Source of the DNA: Narcine bancroftii
Taxonomy: Eukaryota
Assembly (NCBI RefSeq): GCF_036971445.1
Contig: NC_091474.1
Span: forward strand, 123,876,001-123,940,000
Length of the DNA stretch: 64,000 nucleotides
Direction: 5' to 3'
Shown: piece after piece, positions 1 through 12,630 of the stretch
Position numbering within the stretch: the first letter of the stretch is position 1
Layout of the letters: each line of letters opens with the position of its first letter
The notes under the pieces: model-generated
The model's input: the letters and a program-made list of their open reading frames with translations, nothing else
What the model was told of the DNA's origin: nothing
Databases searched by the model: none
Position numbers and translations under genes: made by a program

Positions 1-7
1 TGCTCCT

Positions 8-190
8 GCCAATCAGAATCGTGAGGGCTAATTGAACATCGAACACGACAGCGCAGTATAAGCCCTTGATGTGGCGTCGAACGACATATATTCCAACCAA
101 AAAAATACTAAACCCTTCTGGCTTCGTAACCCTCTATTTCTTTCATCCATGTGGCTGTCTAAAAGGATCTCATATTTCCATAAAGTTTCA
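8..190 (+). repeat. Copy of histone-unit spacer (CCAAT segment plus CR1-like 3' tail)
   Basis: GCCAATCAGAATC...ATTGAACAT...ACCCTCTATT...CATGTG aligns by eye with 57990-58140, the 3' flank of the plus-strand H4. Confidence 0.6.
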
Positions 191-1324
191 GTTGTAAAAC
201 ACCACCCAAGACACCCACAACTATCACAAGGGGAAAAGGAGAAGAATGGGCTGGAGGAAGGAAGGAACAAAGGTCGGTTTAATTAAGGCGAAGGAAGGTG
301 GTGGAGCAGAAATATGAGAAGGGCAGGTAAAGGTAATTCTGCGCTACAAAGAGATTGGGGGAGGGGGGACACAAATCCACGAAACACAAATGCCCCGCAC
401 ACCCTCAGCTGGCGTTCGCCCTTCCACAAATTGTCCCTCCGGCCCGCTTCAGACCTGGCTGCCCACAGCCCATTCCTCTCCTTCTCGCCTTCCACACAAT
501 TTCTCCGGAAAATGATCGCATCGTCCCGCCCCCACGTCCTTTCTGAGCGACTACATCAATGAACAGTCGCCAAGTCACAGCTTCAATTCCCAAACTGTCA
601 TTGGAAAAGACCGCAAGAAAATTATTTGAAACCCCAACTCGGCGCTTGTAAGACAGACCGCGGGAGAATTCATTCACAGATCCGGGATCGGTAATTTAAT
701 ATTCCGCTTCTTTCAACCGATGGGAATAATGCCGATTCACACCTTAACAGTGGGGGAATTTGATGTAAACAGCATCGCGTTATGGACGGGACACTGTTTA
801 CAAACTGCAGGCGGATCCGAGACGGCAGCGCCAAGTCATTGCCTGCTTTTTACTCGCATATTGAAGGACTCAAGCCTGTAATGTTGGTTATACCTTTACC
901 TGCTGTGAACGCTGCGAGACCTGCTGTATTACTCCAACGGGTTCATGTTTTTAATGCAATAACAGCACCTACAGACTCTCGGGTTCAATCCAATAATGTT
1001 CCCGAGTAGAAATCTGATCAGCTGTTACAATACGGGGAAATCCAGTTAAAATGTCACCAACACAACAATTAATAACGTTATCAACAACTTTTAGTTGCAT
1101 TAATCGGCTCTGGTTGTAAAAACGTGGGTAAAGTATTTCAAAATCAGACCAACTGCTGTGGAGGGTTAATTTACCGTCAGTCCAGCGGGCAGGAATACAG
1201 GAGCGATACGAGGATGAGATCGCCAGTGACACCAACCTCCCAAACACGTCGGCAATTCCACAAACCCGGAAACAAATAGAACCAGAGCCCATTCTGCTCC
1301 AATTCCACGCAGGGGGATTCGGAG

Positions 1325-1364
1325 AACTCCTTCAATGAGACTGGAAGTGGCTCTTAAAAGAGCC
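1325..1364 (-). terminator. Histone mRNA 3' processing signal (stem-loop plus HDE) of H2B
   Basis: Minus strand GGCTCTTTTAAGAGCC at 1349-1364, followed by purine-rich AAGGAGTT at 1325-1332. Confidence 0.95.
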
Positions 1365-1403
1365 GTTGTTTTCGGTTCGAGTCGTCGGCACTTGGTGGGG
1401 GCT

Positions 1404-1775
1404 TTACTTGGAGCTGGTGTACTTGGTCACCGCCTTTGTCCCCTCCGACACGGCGTGTTTGGCCAATTCCCCGGGCAGCAGCAGGCGCACGGCGGTCTGG
1501 ATCTCCCGGGAGCTGATGGTCGATCTCTTGTTGTAATGGGCCAGGCGGGAAGCTTCGCCCGCGATGCGTTCGAAAATATCGTTGACGAACGAGTTCATGA
1601 TGCTCATGGCCTTGGAGGAGACCCCAGTGTCGGGGTGAACCTGCTTCAGCACTTTGTAGATGTAGATGGCATAACTCTCCTTCCTCGACCTTCTGCGCCT
1701 TTTGCCGCCTTTGCCAGTTGGCTTAGACACCGCTTTCTTGGCGCCCTTCTTGGACGCTAGTTTCGAGTCAGGCAT
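1404..1775 (-). CDS. H2B: Histone H2B, replication-dependent, 123 aa
   Basis: ORF contains [21 protein letters not shown]...[29 protein letters not shown]; intronless; stem-loop downstream. Confidence 0.98.
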   Translation of the reverse strand: MPDSKLASKKGAKKAVSKPTGKGGKRRRRSRKESYAIYIYKVLKQVHPDTGVSSKAMSIMNSFVNDIFERIAGEASRLAHYNKRSTISSREIQTAVRLLLPGELAKHAVSEGTKAVTKYTSSK

Positions 1776-1825
1776 TTCTTCTCTCGATTACACACAGAAA
1801 TAAACTTAAGAAAGAACGAGTGCGG

Positions 1826-1957
1826 TTTAAATAGACAGTGCCCTCATGCTATGCTAATAAGGGAATGGGGACGCAACGAGTATCATTGGTCGATTTGGAC
1901 GAATGAACAGAAAGAGTTTCCTCTAAACATTTCATTGGATATATCACAGCCACCAAT
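1826..1957 (-). promoter_or_regulatory. H2B promoter: TATA, octamer-like H2B box, CCAAT boxes
   Basis: Minus strand TATTTAAA at 1826-1833; ATGCTAAT at 1851-1858 (minus CCTTATTAGCAT, cf. the H2B box CCTTATTTGCAT); ATTGG at 1885 and 1934; CCAAT at 1953. Confidence 0.85.
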
Positions 1958-2041
1958 CACAGACCCCAACCGCCGCTAGTCACAGAAGGCAACTCTGCTT
2001 CCTATGTGGTAACACTGGCACATGGAGTGGCTGCTTGTGGT

Positions 2042-5000
2042 TGGTGTGTATGCACTCACACAATTAAGACTCGAGATGTGATGCTTTTTCATCCTTTACT
2101 TCTATTAGATTGACATGTCTACTGACACACAGGGTTATATATATGGAAGGGTGACATGATATGGGCGTCATGATGTGCAGCAGAGGGTGGACTTATTCTC
2201 AACACTCTTCCCCCACCTCACCCCTTGCAATAAATGCTTACTGGGCTCAGGACTACAAGTGAGAATTAGAATACATCTCACAAGTAATTATAATTATAAA
2301 AGGGAAAGTATTTAATAATAATCATAACCCTTAAAGCATTTAGGTGATCTTCCTTCACTTTTAGACTGCAATGGTGTGGTTTACTGTGCTGGTCTTTGCT
2401 CAGGACCCATAGATAGTGGAGTTGGCGATCAAGTCAATGGTGACTGCCTGCCTTCGCTGCACTCCTGTGTGTGTGTCTCAGTTACTGGAATCCTCGGCAC
2501 CATGACAGTGTCTGCCCATCTCTCCCTTCTTGGACTGAGGGGTGGGATGGTTGGGGCAGGCCATGGCAGGTCTGGTTCCAACTCATCCAGTTCATGAAAT
2601 ATTTAATGGACCTTAGTGTCAGTTAATGCACACAGAGGCTCAAACTTGGTAAGATTACTCCAACCACCCATGGGACTTTATATTGTCTATAATCTTGCAC
2701 CAGAATTCTCTCACCCACTTCCAATGTTCTTGGTGAGGTTTGTGGAGATGCTGTTTTTTGCAATCTGAGACCCAGATCTGGATGACTGTCTGCAGGTTGC
2801 AGCCAAACATTAATTCTGCTGAGGTGTGTTATGTGGTGCGTTTCTGTACTCCAATAAGAATTCTGTGATTTTGTGTGTCCAGAAGGCATTTAGAAGTTTC
2901 ATGGTTTCATTCCTTTTTTGAATGCTTGTAAAAACATTCTGCCTCCCCAATAGAACTTGGGTGATAGGGTGTGGACAAAATATGTCTGATATTGTTGTCA
3001 CGCATACATTTTAAAAAATGTTCTGATGTAAATTGAGGCCCATTGTCCATAACTAATTCATGAGGCAATCTGTAAGTGGGAAAGATAGTGCATAGACAGT
3101 CAATCATGGGATCTGCTTTGGTGTTTTACAGCTGTGAAACTACTGGCCATTTGGAGTGTGCGTCCAGAGCTATAAGGAAAGTCTCACCCATGAATGGTCC
3201 AGCGAAGTCTACATGAATCCGATGCCAGTGTTTGAATGGCCATTTCCATGGGTCAGCTTGGGCTTGTGGCATTTTTGGCTGCATTGACTGACATTCTCTT
3301 ACTATTTTTTCAATTTCTCTTTTTATGGAGGGTCACGAGACCTGCATCCAGGCCAGTTCCTTCATTCATACCATTCCCGGATGGTTGTGGTTCAGTTCTG
3401 ATAACATGGTAGTTTTCCATTTAGTTGGAATAATTGTAGATATCCTGCTTTGACTGATAGTTCATGGCAGCGTGTGTGGTAAGGTTTTAGATCTTCTGGA
3501 ATGACCAGATTCGGACCACCCATTAAGGGTGAAGTATAGGATCTTGCTCAATGTTGCCTTTTTTCGGGTTTCCTTTCTGGTCATCTGGGCTGTAATGGGA
3601 ATTTGTGGAAGTTGTTTTTTGTTGATGGCTGTTGCTTCTGCTGTCCATTTAATAATTTCTTCTTGTTGTTCTGTCTCAAGTAGCAGTATGTGTGATAAGG
3701 CACATATAATGTGTGGCTGTTGTTTATGCTTTATATCATAATTATATGCCACTAGTCGCATAGCCCATCTTTGAATTCTGGTCATAGCTAATACTGGTAT
3801 ACCTTTGTGTGGCCCCAGGATTAAACTAAGAGGATTTTTGTACACCAAAAATTATTGCCAATCTTTCTTTTTCTAGTTTGGCGTAATTGCGTTCACTTGT
3901 GGTTAACATTCATGAAGCATATGCTATTGGTTGCTCAACGTTTTCTGTGATTTGGAATAATACTGCTCCTAGTCCCACTGGTGAAGCATCCATGGCTAGT
4001 GAAACATCTTTACTCGGGTTGTAGTGGATTCGCACCTTATTTGTTAACTTCAGTATTTACTTTAGTTAATCAACTGTGTTCTTAAATTTTGTGTTCTAAT
4101 ACCATGTTTGATCTTTCTTGAATAATTGGTTCAGCAGGCAGTAGTTATATTAGGGATATGTTTTCAGAAGTGATTAACAAGTCCTAAGAAGGACTGTAAT
4201 TCCGATTTGTTGGTTGGGTATGAGGTTTTGCGAATGGCTTCTATTCCTGCTGGATTCATTCGCACACCCTCGTTGTCAATTGTAAACCCAAGATATGTTA
4301 CTGAGGGGCACATGAAGACACATTTGTCCTTCTGTTTTGCAATGGTTGCATTTAGAATTTTTGAAGAAACAGTTTTCTAGTTGGTGATTGTATTTCCCAC
4401 AACAGAAGCATTGTTGGTGGTGTAACAAGCCCAAAAGATCCCAAACCCCAGCAGCAATAGATATTCACCACGACAAATGGTTATTTAAAAAAAAGTTGTT
4501 TTTAATTATCTTTAAACATGAAAACAGAATAGAATTTTAACTTATCTCTATTAACTTAACTAACCCAACCAACCCCTTTCTAGTTCTAAGCACACATGTA
4601 TGTAATGTGTGTATAAATTTAAGAAAAGTTTTTTGGTTCACAGTTCAATCTCACTTCCCATTCTTGCAAGTTCACTGGTTGCAGACAAGTCTTATACTGT
4701 ACACAGAATTTAACATGTATAAAGTTCACCAGGCTTTGGTGCTCAAAAGGTAAATGTTTACCTCTCAGGAAGGTTCTCTGTAGGCTTGCAGAGAGAGATT
4801 TGTTGTTCCAGATTTCCACAACTGAGGTACTGAGGTCTTGCTGATGAAACTTGCCCCATCAGGGTTCTCCAGATGATAACCTCTTTGTTTCAGGCTAACA
4901 CAGAATTCCTTTCTGTTCCACTTATTCCAAGAGAAACATCAGACAGATAGCACTTACAGCCATCCACCACTATGGAGCCTTTGTTTCAGTTCCAACCAGC

Positions 5001-6236
5001 TTCTCCTGCTTGTTTCAGCTGTGACTGTCTCTCTCCATCTCAGATTCCAACTGCTATCTACATGTCCTTCTCTCTCTCTATTGCAAAACCCCCTCCTTCT
5101 CCAGCTCCCATCTGTTGTTTTTATGTAAACAAGAACTCAGGGGTGACCTTTGAGTGAGCACTTTGCAGAAAGGTTAGAAGTCTTGTAAAAATGTTCAACA
5201 CAGACCTCCTGACTCCCTCAAGAAAATGGTCTATTCATTTCATGACATCATTTCAATTAGCAGCTACTTGTGAAATGTGCATAGCATTCACTGAATATGA
5301 ATTCTTCATTATTTCAAATAAGATCTGTTTTAAAATGTGTGTATGTATGTAACCTACTCTAATTTTACCAATTTATCTCCCAAAAACATCTCCAAAATAT
5401 TACATCACAGGCAGGAAGACCTCCCAACCAGTAGATCTGATTGACCCACATCCAAGTTTTTATCTGCCATTTCAGAGTTACAAGAAACTTGTATGCAATA
5501 TGTAACGTAATGTCTTCATCCATTGCTAATAATTTTTGCTTTGATTGGCGATCTGTCTCACAGTGCATGATTTAGAAACTGCTTGAAATGACAGTGCTCC
5601 GCCAGTTTGTGCAATGATGCCGGGTATTCACTTTCTGTTTTTCTTGGTCCTTGTTTCCTTTCATAGAACCATTGCCGTTCTGCCATAATTGGTGGTTTGG
5701 GGCTTAAATTGTTCCTTAGAGCTGTGAATAATTCATTGAATGTATTCGTCCCTGGATCTTTCTGGGCCAGCAAGGTCTTAAGGAGGTCAAATGATTTGCT
5801 GCCCATTATGCTGAGGAAGAGGGCATGTTTGCAGATTATTGGACCTTTCAAAATATTGTGGACTATGCAGTAGTGGTTAAAATGTCCTACGTAGTTATCC
5901 CAACTTTATTCTACCTCGTTGAATTGCCTGAACTTTCCCTCTGCCATCTTGGCACACTTTCATCTTGATCTTTTGGTAGGAATTTTTGGGGTTGTTAGGT
6001 AGTTGTTTTCTACCTTTCTTCTGTTGTTTTCCTTCTCACGGATGGTGAATAGAGTATGTGTAGGGTTTGTTTCGTTCCTCATCACCACTGTTGTGTATGC
6101 AATCACACAATTAAGACTCAGAATCATGATGCTTTCTCATCCTTCTATTAGACTAACATGGCTACTGACATATAGGGTTATATATATGAAAGCGTGACAT
6201 CATGATATGGGCGTCATAATGTCCAGCAGAGGGCAG
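2042..6236 (-). mobile_element. Degraded Ty3/Gypsy LTR retrotransposon (Gypsy-1)
   Basis: Similar LTRs at 2042-2204 and 6089-6236 (the latter truncated); PBS-like TGGTGATGAGG at 6077-6087; PPT GGGGGAAGAG next to 2204; gag (LFLSIMGSKSFDLLK), RNase H (RIQRWAMRL) and integrase (LVMDNGPQFTS, PYHPSS) fragments. Confidence 0.9.
4421..5404. mobile_element. Probable solo LTR inserted in Gypsy-1 gag
   Basis: TGTAACA...TATTACA termini; about 1 kb of non-coding sequence interrupting the gag relic; no TSD seen. Confidence 0.6.
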
Positions 6237-6620
6237 TAGGGTTGCCAATTTGGAGATTTTCTTGCTAGAATTAGTGACTTTTAAGGTTTCTTAGCCACCA
6301 ATTTTATCTATTTAGTTAGCAACAACTTTTTTAGGGATTTCCTGAATAATTTAGAGATTTTTTAGCGATTTTCCCAAATGTGCAATACTGAACTTTTATT
6401 GGCAATATCAGAATCCAATGCTAACATGATTATTTGTCCATTTTAATTATTTATTCTGAGGGCCCGCCAGGCACCATTTTGTTGTTCAGTGATTAGTTAC
6501 TCACCAATGGGAGTTGACTACACTGAGTATGCATGTAATTAGTGCATTGCAATGCTTACCTTAAGGCGTTTTAATTGTATTTTTTTTGTCCTTCTCAAGA
6601 CTATTGAAAATGGAAAAATG

Positions 6621-9600
6621 TGTTGTAACCGTGGCCAGAAATGTTAAATGCCAAACTCCCAGTCTTGGTTACCCAGAGTAATGAAACAACAGACACAGAG
6701 GTTTCCCAAAACATCGTGCTCTTTACTTCGATTCTCAAGATATAGACTATTTACACAAAATGGCATAAAGCTCTTTACTTCGATTCTCAAGACATAGACT
6801 ATTTACATAAAATGGCGTAATCTATTTCAAGTATTTACACAAGCTTGTGTCTTCAAGTCATAAGGCAATCTCGTGAATCCTTTAGTTAATGGATGACTCC
6901 CATGGCACTCCCACTCCTGGTGACTGTGGATCACTCTGATTAGGACTTCCTAGCACCTCCCCCTTTGAGTTGTTACTCATACAAGTGTAGACTTGGGTCC
7001 ACTTGAAAGGGCTTTACTGGTTTGCGAACTCTTTGTGAAGTTTGTACAGGTTCCTGTGGTGCAGCAGGTAAAATCTAATTTTCCTGTGATGGTTGTTCTT
7101 GGTTGGTCACTGGCTTCTGCAGTTCAAAAGTTCCTGTGAGAGATGAGTAAAACTAATATGAAAATATGAAAGATGAGGAAACTAGTATGGATATATGTGT
7201 AATGAATAAAGCCAGTATGAATAGGATAAGGATAGATATCAGAATATAGGAAGTAGAGTTAGTCTGAATAAGATAAGGGTCTTCTAGCCTTAGACAGAAT
7301 CAGCAAGTTCGCCAGTATGAATAAGATAAGGATAGATAATAGAATGTAGGAAGTAAAGTTAGTCTGAATAAGATAAGGATATTCTAGCCTTAGACAGAAT
7401 TAGCAAGTCATAAGGCAGATATGAGCCACAGTTCAACAAAACCGCCTGGCTCTCGATTACTCGTTGGCTGCTGAAGGCAATGTTTGTGAAAGGCTGGTTA
7501 ATGACAATGCTCACAAAGGTCAGGCAGTTAAAGACACTTCTTCAGGAGTTCAAAAATCTTCCCATGCCCAGGTTCAGACTTGGCACCTAGACTAGACTTT
7601 TTATTGGTAACTGGAGTCTGATATCCACAGCCCTTATTGCAGCTGGACTCGCTATTCTGGCCATTATGGTGCTCCCCTGCCTAAAGACGTGTGCAGTATT
7701 TAATTCAACGGACCCCTCATCAGATCACTAGAACCCAAAGGATGTATGTTTCCCAAATTCTATTTGATGATGCTGAGACTGCAGTTCGTTTACTGACCCG
7801 CTGGGAAAAAGACCAAGTTTAAAAGTAATAGATTCCAGTTGAGAATTCACGAAGCATAGCTAAAAGAAAAGTGAGGATTGTGAGAGATGAGTAAAACTAA
7901 TATGAAAATATGAAAGATGAGGAAACTAGTATGGATATATGTGTAATGAATAAAGCCAGTATGAATAGGATAAGGATAGATAATTGAATGTAAGAAGTAA
8001 AGTTAGTCTGAATAAGATAAGGGTATTCTAGCCTTAGACAGAATTAGCAAGTTCTGCATATAAGAAGTTTGTAGCCCTGAGAGTCAGGGAAGGTGTGAAT
8101 AAGAACAAAGGCAGGTTTGTGAATAAGGACAAAAAGGACAATGACATGATGGGACACCGACAGGATACCCCCTGGTCCTCCATGTTCACAGAAACAGCAC
8201 TTAGGCAGACAGGATTGCCTAATGCCAAACTCATCCAGGAGGCAGAAGGATGTAAGAGGGAGGGTACTTCTATACTGAAATAAACTGTATAAAAGTTGGG
8301 TGAGCCCCAGTGTATGTGTGTATTCCCAGGGTAAGGGGAAAGCACCCAACTTTGCATTGTTGTATAATAAATATTCTTTGTTCTCAATTTTTGTCTCGAG
8401 CAATTTCTGTGAAGGTACTCCTGTTTCTCACACTCCCAACAGAGCATCCAAATTGAGTTGCTCAAATATCTCAGCGAGATTACATTCAGTTGGTCGCAAC
8501 TGGTTGGCACGTCTAGTCCATTTGTCTGGTCCAACCTGCACATGATAGAGAACCTCTCCGATCTTCCTCAGGATTCTCCCCAGCTGCCACTCACCCGACT
8601 TCACCCTGTAGTCTCACACCAGCACATGTTGTCCATCCTGAAATGTTCTTTTTTTTGATCCATGCTGACGGTTAAACTGTCTTTCCGTATACAAATCTCT
8701 GCGTCCAGGTTCTGATTTTTGTGGGAAAAATAGCGTCAAATGGTGCTCTAATTTTCCTTCAAAGATGTTTTCCGCAGGAAGAAGTGCCACCAGGACTTTG
8801 TGGGTTTGGAGTGATCCTGTAATTTAACAAGAATGTGTGCAAGATCTCCTCAATTGGACCCTCCCCTTTGGCTTTGTTTAGAGCCCATTTGAATATATCC
8901 ACAAAGTGTTCTACCTGACCATTGGACTGTGGATGGTATGGAGGTGAGCGAAAATGATTGATGCCATATTGTTTGCAGAATAAATAAAATTCGGCTGTGT
9001 GAATTGCATCCCATTGTCTGAAACTAATGTTGCAGGAGCACTGAAACAATTGAATGTGGACTTGAGTTCCGTAATTGTAGCCCGTGCAGTTGCTCGGGTT
9101 ACCTTGATGATCTCCGGCCATTTGGAGTATGCATCCACTATGATTAGATAGTACTCCCCATTAATTAGTCCTGCAGAATGTACATGGAGATGATTCCGTG
9201 GTTGTGGCCAGGAACATAAATTCATCTTGACAGGGAATTTCGCAGCCGAGGCACATCTGATACATGACCATGTTAGTTGTTCAATTTGGTCATCCATCAG
9301 AGGCCAATAGACATAGCTTTCGTGCAAGGGCTTTTCTGCAATTTGTTCCAGGATGTCTCCTGTGACAAAAGACAGCCATTAGAGATTGTTAATGATCCCT
9401 GTCTTTTAAAAAATGGTTGAATTTCCGATCTTGGACAAGTTTTTGGCCACCCTGTATGATGGTAACGCATTATCTCTTGAAGAATGTCATTTTCGCTCGT
9501 TGCTCGTGTGACTCTTTCTGCTGTAACAGGCAATGAGTTAATAACATCTTAAAATATTTGATTGACTTCTGTCTCTACTAAGAGTTCCGTGACAAGAATA

Positions 9601-12600
9601 TCTTCTGGCTCTTGTTTCTTGTCTCTAATGAGTCATGACAATGGATCAGCTTGTCTGATACTTGTAGTTGGCAGGTATTTCATTTTAAAATTATACCCAA
9701 GGAGCATGGTTGCCCATCTTTGCAGTTGGTTTGCCATGTAAATTGGAATTCCTTTCTTTGAACCAAATACTGCTAATAGCAGCTTGTGATCTGTCAGAAG
9801 AGTGAATTTCCATCCATAGAGCATTTTATGGAATTTCTTCACCGCAATAACTAGAGCCTCCTTTTCAATTTCTCCATAGTTTTGCTCTGCAGCGGTTAGA
9901 GAGCATGGTGCGTGTGCTATGGCTTTTTGCCTCCCATCTGGGAATATATGTGAAATGACTGCACCCACCCCAGACTGTGATGCGCCTGAAGCTACAACAA
10001 TCTCCAAGTTTAGATTGTAGTGTGATTTTAACATTGTCTTAACTTGCTTAAATGACTTGACATTTTGAAGTCTAATTCCATTTGCTACCCTGTGTAAAAA
10101 GCTTGTTGAGTGGATCATGGAGTTTATGCATCTCTGGCAGGAATGAACTACAATGACTCATAGACCCAAAAATGAACGTAGCGTGATCACATCTGTGGGT
10201 TCAGGCATGCACCTGATAGTATCAGTGTTTTGTGAATCTGGCCGTTGTCCATCTTCGTCAATGATGAAACCCAGATATTTCACTGATTTCATGAAAAATA
10301 CGCATTTTCCTGGACACACTCAAAACCCATAGTCTCTGATGTGGGACAAAGCGAAATCAAGATGATCAAACAATTCGAGAGCATGTGCTCCCATGTCCAA
10401 GATATCATATAGGTACACTGCAACTCGCGGAACACCATTCAGCCTTGTCTCTATGATCTGTTGAAAGATAGCTGGAGCTGTCTTCACTCCAAATGGTATA
10501 TGTGTGTATCTGAACAGTCCTCGATGCGTGTTGATGGTCAGTAATTCTCTGAATTTGGCATCAACCTCCAACTGTAGATATGCCTCTGCTAAGTCAACCT
10601 TCACAAAGTATTTGCCCCCATTCAATTTCACAATAATGGATATTGATGGTCGTCCAATGCTGCATTCAAACCAGTTGAAAAATGAGCACACAGACATATG
10701 GATCCATTAGATTTCTTCATCACCACAATAGGTGCAGCCCACAATGAGTAGTTGACTGGTTCAATCACTCCCTCATGTTGCAGCCGATCCAATTCATGCT
10801 CCACTTCTTGCAGTGCTGTTTATAGGACAGGTCGTTTTGTCTTGAAAGTCGGTTTCACATTTGGCAAAAGACAGAATTTTGCCTTTTTTTTAGTGCACCA
10901 TCCGAGGCCTTCGGAAAATACTTGTGCATGGCATTGCTTCAACTGTATCATCAACTCTTGTGCTGTATTTGCCACTGTTGGGGTATGTGCCATTTCCAAC
11001 TTTTGACAAATATCATTAAGTGGACGGTCAAGTAGGTTCAACCTTTCAATCCAGTCGAGGCCCATGAGATCGAGGTTAGGACATTTTACCAAATAACATT
11101 CGCTTCTGAGCTGTTTAAGCTGATGGAAAAGTCAACTGAACCTAACAACTCCAGGATCCCCCTAGAAGTGTTCCGTGCCATGTTTTCGGTTGGAGTCACC
11201 TCTGCCTGACCAATCTGTTTCCACATTTTCTTTGATATTAGGGTTATATCAGACCCTGTATCAATTTGCAGCCTCACTGGAATGCCATTAATGTGCACCT
11301 TCGCGTATATCCTGCATTTGGTGGTTGCCACCTTAAAAACTGCTTTGATTGGTTTCACTTTTGTGTGTGAAGCTAACTTAATGGGTGTTTTCCCTCAGCA
11401 CCATTCTGGTTTATGTCCTTGACGCTTGCATTTACTGCAACGCTGCTGTCTGTATGGGCAGTCACGAGCAGTTCCAACAGGTGCTGGGCAGTTTGGCTGG
11501 GTGGGTCACATTTTTATTTGGTCTAGAGGGGTCTGCTGACTTGATCATCTGTACACCGCTTGAAGATGATTGCGCCGTTTCCACCATTTTACTGTTGCGT
11601 TTCAACTTAATTAAGCGTTGGCATTCGGCGATTAATTTTTGAATGGTCATGTCAGATTCCTGTTCAATCTTCGTCAGCAACTGTGTTCTGAGATCTTCAT
11701 CTTGGTGCGACCGCATTCCTGCTACAAACACTAGACACTTGAACTGGTCTTCAGTCAGCGTAGAGAGTTTAAAACCCTTTTATTGTCAATTTACCCTACT
11801 CACGTATGCCATGAAATCTTCGTCATCTCTCTTGGTCATTTTTAAACACTGATACCAAATGTTGAACAGTGATAATTGTTCACCGAATATTTCTGCCATT
11901 ACCTCAAGTGTTTCTCTGAAACTGAGGTCCTGTGGAAGTTTTGGCAGAATGAAGTTTATGTAACACTTGTGTTCTCGAGTGCCTAACTTCCTCAACAACA
12001 GCCTAATCTTTCACACCTCACTGAACTTGGAAAAGTCTACTAAAAACAAATCTTCATTCTTTCCATACCAAGTTTCAAAAGTTCATGACTCCAAGTCATA
12101 ATTAAACTCAGTGATAGAATTCATTAATGCATATGCAGAATTTGTTTTAAATGCAGGCTCACCTTCCTCCACGATTAAAGCTCCCATGGACATTTTTCAC
12201 TGCCAGCTGGTCCATTAATTTTGATTGTATGAGCTCAAAGCCTCTTGCTGCTGTTTTAGGATGGCCTTGAGGTGTTCCATTGTTACTGACATTTGTTGTT
12301 AAATTCAATTATCCAAGGTCCTCATTGCCAAAATATGTTGTAACCATGGCCAGAAATGTTAAATGAGGAACCAAACTCCCACTCTTGGTTATCCAGAGTA
12401 ATGAAACCACAGAAACAGAGGTTTTCCAAAACACCATGCTCTTTAATTAAATTCTCAAGACATAGACTATTTACACAAAATGGTGTCATCTATTTATAGT
12501 ATTTACACAAGCTTGTGACTTCAAGTCACAAGGCAATCTCATGAGTCCTTTAGTTAATGGATGGCTCCCATGGCACTCCCACTCCTGGTGACTGTGGGTC

Positions 12601-12630
12601 ATGGGTCACTCTGTTTAGGAGTCCCTACCA
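6621..12630 (-). mobile_element. Degraded Gypsy LTR retrotransposon (Gypsy-2) inside the hAT
   Basis: LTRs at 6621-6955 and 12336-12630; PBS-like TGGCAATGAGG; PPT AAAGGGGGAGG; protease LQIDTGSD, RT PFGVKTAPAIFQ, RNase H NYGEIEKEAL, integrase IVDAYSKWPE and PYHPQSNG; TSD AAATG/AAAAG. Confidence 0.92.
7135..8432 (+). mobile_element. Internally deleted ERV (partial 5' LTR, env 3' end, PPT, full 3' LTR)
   Basis: 7415-7878 is the reverse complement of the env/PPT region 45155-45625; LTR 7879-8432 matches 49483-49996; TSD TTCC/CTCC. Confidence 0.9.

Noticed and set aside
1335-1760. 141-aa ORF antisense to H2B (also 52649-53122) and ORFs overlapping H4
   Set aside because: Shadow ORFs produced by GC-rich histone codon usage; they recur only because the genes are duplicated
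1960-2041. Expected divergent H2A upstream of H2B
   Set aside because: No H2A-like sequence here or in the uninterrupted copy at 53270-53700
8034-8545. Recurring ORFs MLETKIENKE... and MSPSVCVYSQGKG... at several loci
   Set aside because: All lie within copies of the same LTR, with frames and lengths that vary between copies
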